From: a virus
Taxonomy: Duplodnaviria > Caudoviricetes
DNA: 64,000 bases
Strand: one strand, 5' to 3'
IMG/VR virus record: IMGVR_UViG_2643221568_000002
Location: 12,333 to 76,332 of that record
Shown in pieces: positions 38,571 through 47,004 of the stretch. Positions within the stretch are counted from its first letter, which is position 1; every line of letters begins with the position of its first letter. The position numbers and the translations under genes were made by a program. The notes under the pieces were generated by a model. It saw only the letters and a program-made list of their open reading frames with translations, was not told where the DNA came from and did not search any database.

Positions 38571-40021
38571 AGCCACGCCCTCACTTTCAGTTTCCAGCTC
38601 GCTACTGTGAGACCGAATAAGACCCCGGTAGACCAGTTACCGACTACGCCAATGCCTCCGGTGCCTACCTTGCCGTAAACGTTGGATGCGTCTGCTTTAA
38701 GAGCCACGCCGTAGCTGCCGTTTCCGCCGTTGACAGCCCATTGATGGTCAACTCGAATTTCGTCACCTACCGAGTACCCCTGATCCGCTGTGGCGCACAC
38801 GAGATAGCACTCAAGTCTTTTAGGTTTCGCGCCAAGAGGATGGGCGAGCGTCAGGTTTCCGCCCGCCGCAATGGTCTGCTCACTACTTGCCCAGCCCGCC
38901 TGCTTGTCTGTCAGACTGGAGAGATTTGCTGTCAGTGTCTGCACGCTATTGGTCAAGGCCGCGAGGTCCAAGCTCCCCGGCACTTGATCCGCCGCATATG
39001 CCTTGATCCAGTAGGTAAAGGTCTTGTTGACCGGACGCGTTTCGGCAGCAACGCGTGGGGTGCCATTGTTGCCGTCCGGTAGGGTTGGACCGTGTCCGTT
39101 AGCCTGCGGCTGAGCGACGTTCGTCACGTCGTCATATAGTTGGTAGACGGTGTTGTATTGATTGTTGTTGACGACAGCAGAACGGTAGCCCCCCGCCGCT
39201 AGGTTGACGGGATGCCTGTGGCCCTGAAGCGCGTCCTGCTGCGCTGAACCGAATACACGCCCACTGTCTACAACCTGACCAGAACGCCAGCCGCGCGGAA
39301 AATAACCGCCCATGTCTTCAATGATCGGGTTGCCGCTGCCATCGACGCTCGCCCCATTCGCCAACAACCAAGCTCTGAGCTGGGGGTAGGCGGTAGTGCA
39401 AGGGGCGCCATTATGGAGAAGAAAGCCAGGCGGTGGGGTGCTCCCGTTGCTTTGCATCATGATCGTAGTGCCGATAGGCAGCTCGATCTGTTGGACTTTG
39501 GTCGTGAGGTTCGTTATCGCGGTGTTCACGTTGGCTAAGGCGGTTGCCATAGTCGTCGCGAACTGGGGATCATTTCCTAATGCGTCAGCCAGCTCCTTGA
39601 GTGTGTCCAGCGTAGAAGGCGAGCTGGCGACTAAGTCAGCGATCTTTTGTTGAATGAGCGCAGTCATCGTTGCGGTGTCGGCTTTGTCATCCAAGGCGGT
39701 GTCAACGCTAGCGATCGAAGTCACCAGGTCGGCGATCACTGCATTGGTCACCCTGATGTCGATTCGAGAGCCAGCAGGAAACTCCTTCGCCGTTGTCCCC
39801 TCCTGCGCGCGCAGCAGGGTAAGGGTCGGCCCAGTGCGTGCAGTAACTCGCACGATTTCGCGATTGCCCGCTGCGTCGACGATAGTGGCGGGGTGCCAGT
39901 CACCGACGGTAAGCACCGGGAATTTACCCGCGTCACCGTTCTGGATCGACAGCGTCGTCGCGTCCAGCGTGATCGACGATGCCAGGGTTGAAATAGCAAG
40001 GTTGGCGAGCTTGAGTGCCAT
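38567..40021 (-). CDS. Tail fibre protein
   Basis: N-terminal EIVRVTAR..LRAQEGT anchor, LDTLKELADALGNDPQFATT, collar-like PPGFLLHNG..FPRGW..GSAQQDALQGHRH..ETRPVN. Confidence 0.9.
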   Translation of the reverse strand: MALKLANLAISTLASSITLDATTLSIQNGDAGKFPVLTVGDWHPATIVDAAGNREIVRVTARTGPTLTLLRAQEGTTAKEFPAGSRIDIRVTNAVIADLVTSIASVDTALDDKADTATMTALIQQKIADLVASSPSTLDTLKELADALGNDPQFATTMATALANVNTAITNLTTKVQQIELPIGTTIMMQSNGSTPPPGFLLHNGAPCTTAYPQLRAWLLANGASVDGSGNPIIEDMGGYFPRGWRSGQVVDSGRVFGSAQQDALQGHRHPVNLAAGGYRSAVVNNNQYNTVYQLYDDVTNVAQPQANGHGPTLPDGNNGTPRVAAETRPVNKTFTYWIKAYAADQVPGSLDLAALTNSVQTLTANLSSLTDKQAGWASSEQTIAAGGNLTLAHPLGAKPKRLECYLVCATADQGYSVGDEIRVDHQWAVNGGNGSYGVALKADASNVYGKVGTGGIGVVGNWSTGVLFGLTVASWKLKVRAWL

Positions 40022-40647
40022 CAGTAATAGCTCCCCTTGGTTCGTGGGCGGGCGCCCTGTTGGCCTTTGGCGACTTTCATGGGGAGACTGTCGAGAAATG
40101 CGGCGAATTCGCTCTGCAACAGCGTTCCCATCTGCGGATTGGGCCCTGTGTCATCTGTCGGCAGCATCAGGACACGCGCCGCCGCGCCTTTTCCGATCTC
40201 GGTGCCATAATTGTCGACGAGGAAATCTGGAAGCGTGAGGGCAGATCTCGAGGGTTTCAGGATAAGCCGAACATTCAACGTCCCTGCATTGAACGGGACG
40301 ACTTGGATCACACCAGGCTTGATCTGAGTGATGAACCGGGATGTGGCACCGGTTGGTTCTTCCTCGTCCCAGCCTGGAGAATTCTCGTCGAGCCATTCCG
40401 GTGTCTGCGGGGTGAGCGGGACACCATTGATGGTTGCTTTCTCGATACGAACGATCTCCGCGTCCGTTACCGACGTCAGTTCGCTTCCTTCGTCATCGTC
40501 GATCGTGATCGAGGTGCGCTCGCGCCAGAGATCGACCTTCTCGCAGATGGCGCGTGCCGCCTCACGAAGGTAACGCACAGCGGCAGGATCAGAACAGTTT
40601 GGCGCGTGGATCAGGACTTCAGGAAGCAGCTCGTCGATGTCGCGCAT
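40021..40647 (-). CDS. Head-tail adaptor-like virion protein
   Basis: 208 aa, coupled; position between adaptor and tail fibre. Confidence 0.6.
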   Translation of the reverse strand: MRDIDELLPEVLIHAPNCSDPAAVRYLREAARAICEKVDLWRERTSITIDDDEGSELTSVTDAEIVRIEKATINGVPLTPQTPEWLDENSPGWDEEEPTGATSRFITQIKPGVIQVVPFNAGTLNVRLILKPSRSALTLPDFLVDNYGTEIGKGAAARVLMLPTDDTGPNPQMGTLLQSEFAAFLDSLPMKVAKGQQGARPRTKGSYY

Positions 40648-41351
40648 CAGCGCCTCCTATTCGGATTTGCTGCGGTTTCGACCTGTACCTTGATGCCGAT
40701 CGCTGCGGCGAACATCTGGTAATGGGAGAGTGCCTTGTTCGGGTCGCCGGCAATGTCATCTTTGGAGAAAGCACGGAACAGCACATAGTCAAGCAGTGGA
40801 ACGGAGTAGGGCTCTGGTAGACCTGTCTCAACATTCCATGCGTCGAGCGTCGCCTCGTCCGTGTTTGCGATGGGTGAGACCGGGGCAGGGAGGTAGGATA
40901 TCGCCGCTTCGACTATCCCGGTGCCGTCATTGCCTGGGTAGGAGTAGAACTCGAGCGGCAAGTTCTCGTCGAACACGACCTGGCGCACTTCCTTCCGGAA
41001 TGGTTGAGCGGTGGGGCTGTGCCAGTTCGGCTCCTGTGCATCCAGCAGCGCTCGAGCCGCCGTCCGGATTGCCCTGCCACCAATGCGGTTTGGGCCAGCA
41101 TCGACGAGGTTGCGATTGACCCCAAGAAGCTGCAAGGGCGTCACACCATCGATAGTATCCGGCAGAACGTGATGCGTTCCAGCGCCCAGCGCGATCGGTG
41201 CGGTCTTTGAGGATGATGATGGCTTTGCGAGAATGACGGCCTTGACGGCTTCATTCAGCCAAGCGGCCAGCTCTGGGAGAGGCCAGCGCACATACTCCTG
41301 ATCAAGGAGCTGGACGCCGGCGTTCTTTAGGATGTCTTTTGCCTTCGGCAT
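40647..41351 (-). CDS. Head-tail adaptor (DUF6682-like)
   Basis: LLDQEYVRWPLPELAAWLNEA...FYSYP...LLDYVLFRAFSKD. Confidence 0.7.
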   Translation of the reverse strand: MPKAKDILKNAGVQLLDQEYVRWPLPELAAWLNEAVKAVILAKPSSSSKTAPIALGAGTHHVLPDTIDGVTPLQLLGVNRNLVDAGPNRIGGRAIRTAARALLDAQEPNWHSPTAQPFRKEVRQVVFDENLPLEFYSYPGNDGTGIVEAAISYLPAPVSPIANTDEATLDAWNVETGLPEPYSVPLLDYVLFRAFSKDDIAGDPNKALSHYQMFAAAIGIKVQVETAANPNRRR

Positions 41352-41354
41352 AGA

Positions 41355-41766
41355 TCACGCTTTGCTGGTTGCGCGGGCCTTTTTCGGCTTGACTTCAGGG
41401 GCAGGGGCAACACCTTCTTCGGTGCCTTCGGTGCCTTCGGTGCCTTCGGTGCCTTCGGTGCCTTCGGTGCCTTCGGTGCCTTCGGTGCCTTCGGTGCCTT
41501 CGGTGCCTTCCTTCGGTGCCTTCGGTGCCTTCGGTGCCTTCGCCTGGCGTTCCGCCGCTCAGAAACGCGGGGAGTTCAGTTTCTTCCGGCTGCTCTGGCA
41601 CCAGCGGAACTTCACGGTAGTGCTGTACATTCAGGAAGATCGAACGATGAAGCATGCTGCCAACGTCGTTGACGAAGCGGCCATATTCATCGCGTTCGAA
41701 ATAGTATGACGTTCCGCCGATGGTCTGTTCGGTATAGCCGGTGGTGCACTCGATGACTGTCTTCAT
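41355..41766 (-). pseudogene. Small virion-module gene frameshifted within a (EGT)n repeat (true frameshift or assembly error)
   Basis: Reads MKTVIEC...GEGTEGTEGTEG then slips to (RHR)n at a partial repeat unit; the EGT frame continues EEGVAPAPEVKPKKARATSKA* to 41355, just before the next start at 41351. Confidence 0.65.
41417..41541. repeat. 9-bp tandem repeat (CTTCGGTGC)x13 with one internal 4-bp partial unit
   Basis: 10 units 41417-41506, CTTC 41507-41510, 3 units 41511-41537, CTTC. Confidence 0.95.
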
Positions 41767-41780
41767 GACAAGCTCCTTTG

Positions 41781-41803
41781 AAAAAGGGGGCTCGCGGCCC
41801 CCT
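41781..41803 (-). terminator. Rho-independent terminator after the capsid and decoration genes
   Basis: Minus strand AGGGGGC-CGCGA-GCCCCC-TTTTT. Confidence 0.8.
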
Positions 41804-41825
41804 CATTGATGCGCCGTGACGGCTG

Positions 41826-42287
41826 TTACTCAGAGACGAGGAAGACGGTCAGACCCATCTGTCCGGCCACGAACGTTGCGGCTGCCGCCGTGAACTTGAT
41901 GCCGATCGAGCGATCGTTGTTCGCGGAGCTGGTGCGGTAGGCGCCCTTAGTCAACGGGCGAGCCGCGACACCGTTCTGAGAAATCGTCGAACCGGCGAAG
42001 AACTCATTGCCGCACGTGCGTGCCTGGTTCTCTTCGCCGAAAGAGCCGCTCATGATGCCGACGTCGAAGGCAATCGTCGGCGCGGCGTTCGAATCGAGAT
42101 CGTCGCTGTCAGCGATGATTTCAGCGACACGGCAGTTGGAGGGGATGCAGGCAAGCTCCAGAATGTCGCCAACGGCTGGGTTGGCGGCGATCTGGTGCGA
42201 GAAGCGGATAGCGACCACTTCGCCAGCGGTGGATGGGTAGGAAATGGCTTCCGTGCCCTTGGCATATTTGCTCTGAATGAGCGTCAT
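41826..42287 (-). CDS. Capsid decoration/minor capsid protein
   Basis: 153 aa, beta-rich (GDILELACIP..DDLDSN..FDVG), directly after the major capsid gene. Confidence 0.65.
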   Translation of the reverse strand: MTLIQSKYAKGTEAISYPSTAGEVVAIRFSHQIAANPAVGDILELACIPSNCRVAEIIADSDDLDSNAAPTIAFDVGIMSGSFGEENQARTCGNEFFAGSTISQNGVAARPLTKGAYRTSSANNDRSIGIKFTAAAATFVAGQMGLTVFLVSE

Positions 42288-42362
42288 CTCGAAAGTCCTT
42301 CAGGTGGAAGGGTCGCTAAGACCGATGGAAAGGTGAAAGCCCGACCGAAGCCGGGCCAATCG

Positions 42363-43460
42363 TTAAGCGTTGGGGTCCTTCGCGGCGGTATCGACCGAGA
42401 TCACACCATAATCGCGACCGTTGAAGCGCGTCTTCTTCACACCGGCGATGACACCGGAAGCGACGACGGGCTCGTTACCGTGGTCCTTGGTTTCTTCCGT
42501 CCATGTGTAACGGAAGCCACCGGCAGAGCCGAACGCGATGACGGCGGCTTGGCGGCCGATGAAGAGTGCGCGGCCAGCTTTGACGTTCCCGCCAGCACCG
42601 TAGTCACCAAAGCGGATTGCCCACTCGTGGCTGTGAAGCACAGTGTTGTTGACCATGCCGAGGCCACCCTTGAAGATCGGATTATTCCGTCCTTCTGCCG
42701 TCGCCGCTGCCTTCTGGATTTCAAGCCAGCCACCGGCGTCGTTGGTGCGCAGGTCATGTTCCTGGAACGGGTTCATGACCATGACGTAGTGCGCTTCGCC
42801 ATTGATCATGATCGGCATCATGTTGGCGTTCTTCGGGTCTTTGGCCGACATCATGCGGGCCTTGACCTGTGCGCGCTCGATCAGCGACCGGGACATGATG
42901 TCCGACGCATCGATCGAGGCCTTAGAGGTGGCGTCGCCACCGTACAGGATGTGATCGGCGTCGGGCGCCTCGATCGGGTTTTCCGCGTGGCCGGTCCATT
43001 CAACCGACTCGATGAAGTCTTCGTTGGTGCCGCGCGAGCCGGACAGGTAGATGAAGGTCATCTGGTCGTTGAATTTCGACCAGTAGTCAGAAAGGCGGTT
43101 CTTGCCGATCTGGCGCATGTTGTGGGCGGTGCGCTTGCGGGACATTTTGCCGCCAGCAGAAACACCGTGGCGCATCTGGTCAATCTTCAGCTGGTCGCTG
43201 AAGAAGCGCAGGCTCTCTTCCTTGCCTTCCAGGCGGTTGTCGCCGTAGGTAGGCTTGTTGCGGAGCTGGACGGACAGGTCGAAGGTGATGGTATCGCCGG
43301 CTTCCGATTCGAGATCGGTAAGACGCTGGATCGCGAATTCGTCAGACGTGCCGACGAACTTACGGTCGAAGTAGCTCTTCTTGGTGATGTCAATGAAAAG
43401 CCCACCAGACCACTTTTTCTGGGCTTTCGGATCGCCAAAGGCAACCACGGTCTTGGTCAT
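42363..43460 (-). CDS. Major capsid protein, N4-gp56/DUF4043 family
   Basis: IQRLTDLESEAGDTITFDL...LEGKEESL...IDQMRHGV...NPIFKGGLG...DYGVISVDTA; start at ATG 43460 behind GGAG. Confidence 0.9.
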   Translation of the reverse strand: MTKTVVAFGDPKAQKKWSGGLFIDITKKSYFDRKFVGTSDEFAIQRLTDLESEAGDTITFDLSVQLRNKPTYGDNRLEGKEESLRFFSDQLKIDQMRHGVSAGGKMSRKRTAHNMRQIGKNRLSDYWSKFNDQMTFIYLSGSRGTNEDFIESVEWTGHAENPIEAPDADHILYGGDATSKASIDASDIMSRSLIERAQVKARMMSAKDPKNANMMPIMINGEAHYVMVMNPFQEHDLRTNDAGGWLEIQKAAATAEGRNNPIFKGGLGMVNNTVLHSHEWAIRFGDYGAGGNVKAGRALFIGRQAAVIAFGSAGGFRYTWTEETKDHGNEPVVASGVIAGVKKTRFNGRDYGVISVDTAAKDPNA

Positions 43461-43501
43461 GAGTGATGTCTCCGGTTCAGGAACAAACAGCACTCATGCG
43501 C
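43457..43501 (-). promoter_or_regulatory. Late-gene leader element copy 4 (major capsid leader)
   Basis: Minus strand GCGCATGAGTGCTGTTTGTTCCTGAACCGGAGACATCACTCATG; CATGAGTG pairs perfectly with CACTCATG containing the start codon, TGTTT pairs with AGACA of the RBS. Confidence 0.8.
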
Positions 43502-43572
43502 ATTGATACTCTGATTACTGGAAATGCTGGATTGTTGCAACACGTAACGCGTGATACTGGAGGAGATCGCTA

Positions 43573-43610
43573 GCGCATGAGTGCGGCCTCTTCTTCGGAG
43601 CGCACACATG
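43573..43610 (+). promoter_or_regulatory. Late-gene leader element copy 5 (lysis operon leader)
   Basis: GCGCATGAGTGCGGCCTCTTCTTCGGAGCGCACACATG; CATG/CATG, GTGCG/CGCAC and CTC/GAG pairs bury GGAG and ATG 43608. Confidence 0.8.
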
Positions 43611-44543
43611 ACAGCAGCAATCACCAGCACATCCCCCAAAGGCCGGACCTTCATTCGAGGTCACGAAGGCAATCCTCTCACCTGCTACCTTGACCCCGTT
43701 GGTATTCCGACGATCGGTACCGGCTACACCATGCGCAGTGCAGCGGTGCGACGCGCGCTGGCGAAAATCGGCATAACCAAGCTGGTTCCCGGAAAGACGA
43801 AGATCACAGCGGTGCAGTCCGATGCCATCTTCATCGAGGTGCTGGCAGAGGAATTCGAGCCAGCCGTCGTCAAGAAATCTCCGAACGATCGTCTACAGCA
43901 CGAGCTGGACGCGGGGGTCTCAGCTGTTTTCAATCTGGGCGTAGGCGCCATGGATTGGCAGTGGGCCAAGCTCTGGCGGAAGGGCGATAAAGGCCCGGCT
44001 GCTGACTATCTCGGCACCCATTACAACACTGCTGGCGGCAAGAAGCTGCCGGGGCTGGTTAGGCGTCGCAAGGAAGAAGCGGTCCTTTTCAATCTCGGCA
44101 TCTACACCGGTGCGGGTGAGGGCGTTCCACGTACCGCTACCGAGACAGCACCAGCTCTTCCGGATCCAGTCGTGAAAGAGGCGCAGACGATCCTTTCGGC
44201 AAAGGGCTTCAACCCGGGCGCTATCGATGGGTGGATGGGAGAGAAAACCGCTGCCGCGGTAAAGGCCTATCAGAGTTTTCACCCGCACCTGGTCGCGGAC
44301 GGTGTTATCGGCTCTGCAACGCTGGCCCAGCTGCGTCGTGACGCCGTTGCCACCAAAGAGGTGGTGCAGGAAGGCGCGGGTTCGCTCATTGGCTCTGGCA
44401 CCGCTGCATGGGCAATGGGCCTTCCGTGGGGATGGGCCGCTGCCGTCGTGACGATCATCGTGCTGGGGATATTCGTCTATCGGAAGCGCGACGTGATTGC
44501 TCGCCGCATCAATACGTTGCTGGGCCGTGAGGTGCCGGTTTGA
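43608..44543 (+). CDS. Endolysin: GH24 lysozyme plus peptidoglycan-binding domain plus C-terminal transmembrane segment
   Basis: HEG..CYLDPVGIPTIGTG catalytic E-D-T pattern, LPGLVRRRKEEA, IDGWMGEKTAAAVKAYQ..L.ADGVIG. Confidence 0.92.
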   Translation: MTAAITSTSPKGRTFIRGHEGNPLTCYLDPVGIPTIGTGYTMRSAAVRRALAKIGITKLVPGKTKITAVQSDAIFIEVLAEEFEPAVVKKSPNDRLQHELDAGVSAVFNLGVGAMDWQWAKLWRKGDKGPAADYLGTHYNTAGGKKLPGLVRRRKEEAVLFNLGIYTGAGEGVPRTATETAPALPDPVVKEAQTILSAKGFNPGAIDGWMGEKTAAAVKAYQSFHPHLVADGVIGSATLAQLRRDAVATKEVVQEGAGSLIGSGTAAWAMGLPWGWAAAVVTIIVLGIFVYRKRDVIARRINTLLGREVPV

Positions 44544-44782
44544 TCTCTCGGCTAACGCTCTATCTCTTGGCTGCGGCAGCCGCAGCATCCTTCGTCGCCA
44601 CCGGCGTCATCGTCATCAGCCGCAACGCCAAAGAGCGCACGGTCATCAAAATAGAAAGACAGAACAATGCTGCAGGTGACGAAGCGGATGGCGCTCGTGG
44701 TAGTTTTGACGATTGCGCTGGCGGGGTGTGGGATTTCGGGTCCGGCGAGTGTCGCCGGGCTGCGCCGAGTGGTCGGAACTGA
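44540..44782 (+). CDS. Putative i-spanin (Rz-like)
   Basis: N-terminal transmembrane segment, periplasmic tail with two Cys; follows the endolysin. Confidence 0.6.
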   Translation: MISRLTLYLLAAAAAASFVATGVIVISRNAKERTVIKIERQNNAAGDEADGARGSFDDCAGGVWDFGSGECRRAAPSGRN

Positions 44783-44933
44783 TCTGATCGGCGCGCGCGG
44801 AGCCACGCCAGCAGATCAGCGGCGTATTGATAGAACCGTCGTCGGAATTTGCGCCGGCAAGGTCTGGACGCAGCGTGAATGTGCGAGACATGGGGAAGTC
44901 TCTCGTGCCGCCTCGATCGCGGGGGCTGAATGA
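44688..44933 (+). CDS. Putative o-spanin lipoprotein (Rz1-like)
   Basis: Lipobox LAGC after a hydrophobic stretch; overlaps the i-spanin 3' end. Confidence 0.65.
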   Translation: MALVVVLTIALAGCGISGPASVAGLRRVVGTDLIGARGATPADQRRIDRTVVGICAGKVWTQRECARHGEVSRAASIAGAE

Positions 44934-45265
44934 TGTCATTCTGGGACTGGCTTAGCACAAGTGAAGGCAAGGTTGCCTTGGCTGGCATTGCAGGATCTGC
45001 GGTATCGGTTGCTATGGAGTGGACCGGCGCGCTCTCGAGCCTGCGCAAGTTGTTCGTCGGCGCAGTGACGGCCTACTACCTGAGCCCGATCGGAACCACG
45101 CTCTTCCAGTGGGCGTTCGGAGCATTGAGCGTACCGGAAGAGCAATCTGCCAGCGTGGGTGGTTTCATCGTAGGAATCGGCGGTATCATCATCGTCGAGA
45201 TCATTTTGAAGGCATTTCGCCTCCGCCACGCGGAGATCGGGAGAAGCCGACATGACCAGGCCTAG
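44930..45265 (+). CDS. Putative holin
   Basis: 111 aa with about 3 hydrophobic segments and a basic C-terminus, in the lysis cassette. Confidence 0.7.
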   Translation: MMSFWDWLSTSEGKVALAGIAGSAVSVAMEWTGALSSLRKLFVGAVTAYYLSPIGTTLFQWAFGALSVPEEQSASVGGFIVGIGGIIIVEIILKAFRLRHAEIGRSRHDQA

Positions 45266-45362
45266 AGCGAGACACATCAAAGAAGCAGCCAAGCCGCAAG
45301 GCCGAGTCGTCGCCGTTGCGGCCATACTCGTCGTGGTCTGGCTGTTCTGCATGCACGTTTAG
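45252..45362 (+). CDS. 36-aa single-pass membrane peptide at the end of the lysis cassette
   Basis: MTRPRARHIKEAAKPQGRVVAVAAILVVVWLFCMHV; GGAG upstream. Confidence 0.45.
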   Translation: MTRPRARHIKEAAKPQGRVVAVAAILVVVWLFCMHV

Positions 45363-46669
45363 GCGGCGGACCGCCCGCGCGCCATCTTCGGCACTCCCTG
45401 ACCGGTCTCGAGCTTCCCCTTCAGAACCTTGATCGGCCCCATCAGAAGTTGGCTCGCCGTAGGCGCGCCCTTCAAGATCCAGTCGGCGTAGATCTGATAT
45501 AGCTCGCGACGTCGGCGCATATGCTCTGCGCGATCGTAGGCGGCCTTCACAGCGTCTTTTGGCTTATGGGCGAGCATCAGCTCAATGATCTTTTCCTCGT
45601 GGGGGAAAGCTTCGTTCATGATCGACGAGAAAGACGATCGGAAGCCGTGAGGAACATGCCTCGAGTGATAGCCAGCTCTGTTCAGCAAATATCCCATCGT
45701 ATTTTCTGACATCGGCTTTTGCGGCTTTCTGAGATTGGGGAACGCAAATTCAAACCGCCCCGTCACCTTCCTGAGCGCGGTGATCAGCTCCACCGCCTGA
45801 TCTGACAGCGGAACGTGATGATCGTACGCTTCTTCCGTTTTCAGATGCAGCTTCAGCTTCATGCGATGGGCTGGGATGACCCATATCGGATTTGACGGGT
45901 CGATCGCATCCAGCTCGGCCCACGGTGTTTCTGCGAGGACACCTGGTCGAACCGCAGTCAGCGCCAGAAGGCGTATCGCAAGCTTCGTATAGCCGCGGCT
46001 GGGCGTGGATGCGACGTCGGCGAGAATCTGCCTGACGCCGTCCAGGGTGATGATCGCCGGCTGGCGACCCTTCTTCAATGGCGCGAGCGCACCTTTGACA
46101 ATCGATGCGGGGTCCGCGTCGGCGCGGCCGGAAGAAATGGCGTAGACGAAGACGCTCGAAATCCGCTGCCGCAAGCGCTTCGCGGTTTCGATCGCACCAC
46201 GCTTCTCAACAATCTTCAGCACCCCGAGGACGGTCGGCGCGTCAATGCTCCGGATCGGCATGTCGCCGACGAGGGGAAACACGTCTCGCCTCAAGGTGTC
46301 GAGTACGTCACTCGCATGCCTGTCGGTCCAAGTAGGCTTGGTCAGCTCGTGCCACTCTTCCGCAATGACCTGAAACGTCTCCTCGGCTTGCTTCCTGCCG
46401 ATGACCTTTTCGAGCTTCTTCATCGCCGACGGGTCCTTACCGCCTTTGACGAGCGTCCTGGCATCGTCACGAAGTCGCCGCGCTTCGAAGAGTGTCACCT
46501 CTGGATATTGCCCGAGGCCAAGCAGCTTCTCTTTGCCGCCGAAATAGTAGCGGTACCGCCAGATCTTCACGCCTGTCGTGGCGACGAATAAGTGTAGACC
46601 GTTGCTGTCGGTGAGCTTGTAGGATTTCTCCTGAGCTTTGGCTTTTCTGATCGCTGTGTCTGTCAGCAC
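45359..46669 (-). CDS. int: Tyrosine integrase, P4-like (IntA/DUF4102 arm-binding domain)
   Basis: LTDTAIRKAK..YKLTDSNGL..WRYRY..LGQYPEVTL; catalytic TAVRPG, HGFRSS, LAH, AAY; start at GTG 46669. Confidence 0.95.
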   Translation of the reverse strand: MLTDTAIRKAKAQEKSYKLTDSNGLHLFVATTGVKIWRYRYYFGGKEKLLGLGQYPEVTLFEARRLRDDARTLVKGGKDPSAMKKLEKVIGRKQAEETFQVIAEEWHELTKPTWTDRHASDVLDTLRRDVFPLVGDMPIRSIDAPTVLGVLKIVEKRGAIETAKRLRQRISSVFVYAISSGRADADPASIVKGALAPLKKGRQPAIITLDGVRQILADVASTPSRGYTKLAIRLLALTAVRPGVLAETPWAELDAIDPSNPIWVIPAHRMKLKLHLKTEEAYDHHVPLSDQAVELITALRKVTGRFEFAFPNLRKPQKPMSENTMGYLLNRAGYHSRHVPHGFRSSFSSIMNEAFPHEEKIIELMLAHKPKDAVKAAYDRAEHMRRRRELYQIYADWILKGAPTASQLLMGPIKVLKGKLETGQGVPKMARGRSAA

Positions 46670-46683
46670 GCTTGTTCTCACGA

Positions 46684-46728
46684 TACCCGCTTTTGAAAAT
46701 CAAAGTACCCGCATTTGTACCCGCTTTT
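46684..46728. repeat. Three TACCCGC direct repeats (probable integrase arm-type sites)
   Basis: gaTACCCGCtttt, agTACCCGCattt and tgTACCCGCtttt just upstream of int. Confidence 0.55.
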
Positions 46729-46837
46729 TCACGAGATTGTATCGGAACGCATGGGAACGGGCGGGAACAAAGAAACCCAAAACGATCCGCTGCGCAAGAC
46801 AAAAACGGAACATATGGGAACGTATGAGAAACATTCG

Positions 46838-46927
46838 TGGCGGATGGGGTGGGATTCGAACCCACGGTACGGTCTCCCGCACGCCGGTTTTCAAGACCGG
46901 TTCCTTAAACCACTCGGACACCCATCC
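46838..46927 (-). tRNA. tRNA-Ser (anticodon UGA)
   Basis: GGATGGGTGTCCGAGTGGTTTAAGGAACCGGTCTTGAAAACCGGCGTGCGGGAGACCGTACCGTGGGTTCGAATCCCACCCCATCCGCCA; 90 nt, long variable arm, encoded CCA. Confidence 0.97.
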
Positions 46928-46983
46928 ATGTGATTGATATAGTTGAGAAATCTACTTTTTGTTGATTTCTGAAAAACGGCAGT

Positions 46984-47002
46984 TGCTACCGCTTTGCTAC
47001 CC
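46984..47002. repeat. TTGCTACC direct repeat pair (probable arm-type sites of the second integrase)
   Basis: gTTGCTACCgctTTGCTACCc immediately after the int stop. Confidence 0.55.
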
Positions 47003-47004
47003 AA

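Larger units (their letters stand above)
1..46837. mobile_element. Temperate podovirus-type prophage (Bcep22-like gene content) integrated at the 3' side of tRNA-Ser; left end lies outside the window
   Basis: Continuous repressor/cro, terminase, P22-like portal, N4-gp56-type capsid, DarB-like giant protein, lysis cassette and tyrosine integrase ending next to the tRNA 3' end; no tape measure gene seen. Confidence 0.9.

Noticed and set aside
38567-40021. Diversity-generating retroelement or invertible tail-fibre cassette
   Set aside because: No reverse transcriptase, invertase or template/variable repeat pair seen in the window
41417-41541. Possible CRISPR array
   Set aside because: 9-bp units in direct tandem with no spacers and no cas genes; a coding VNTR
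46744-46821. GAAC repeats as LexA boxes
   Set aside because: Spacing is GAAC-N6-GAAC (10-bp period), not N7
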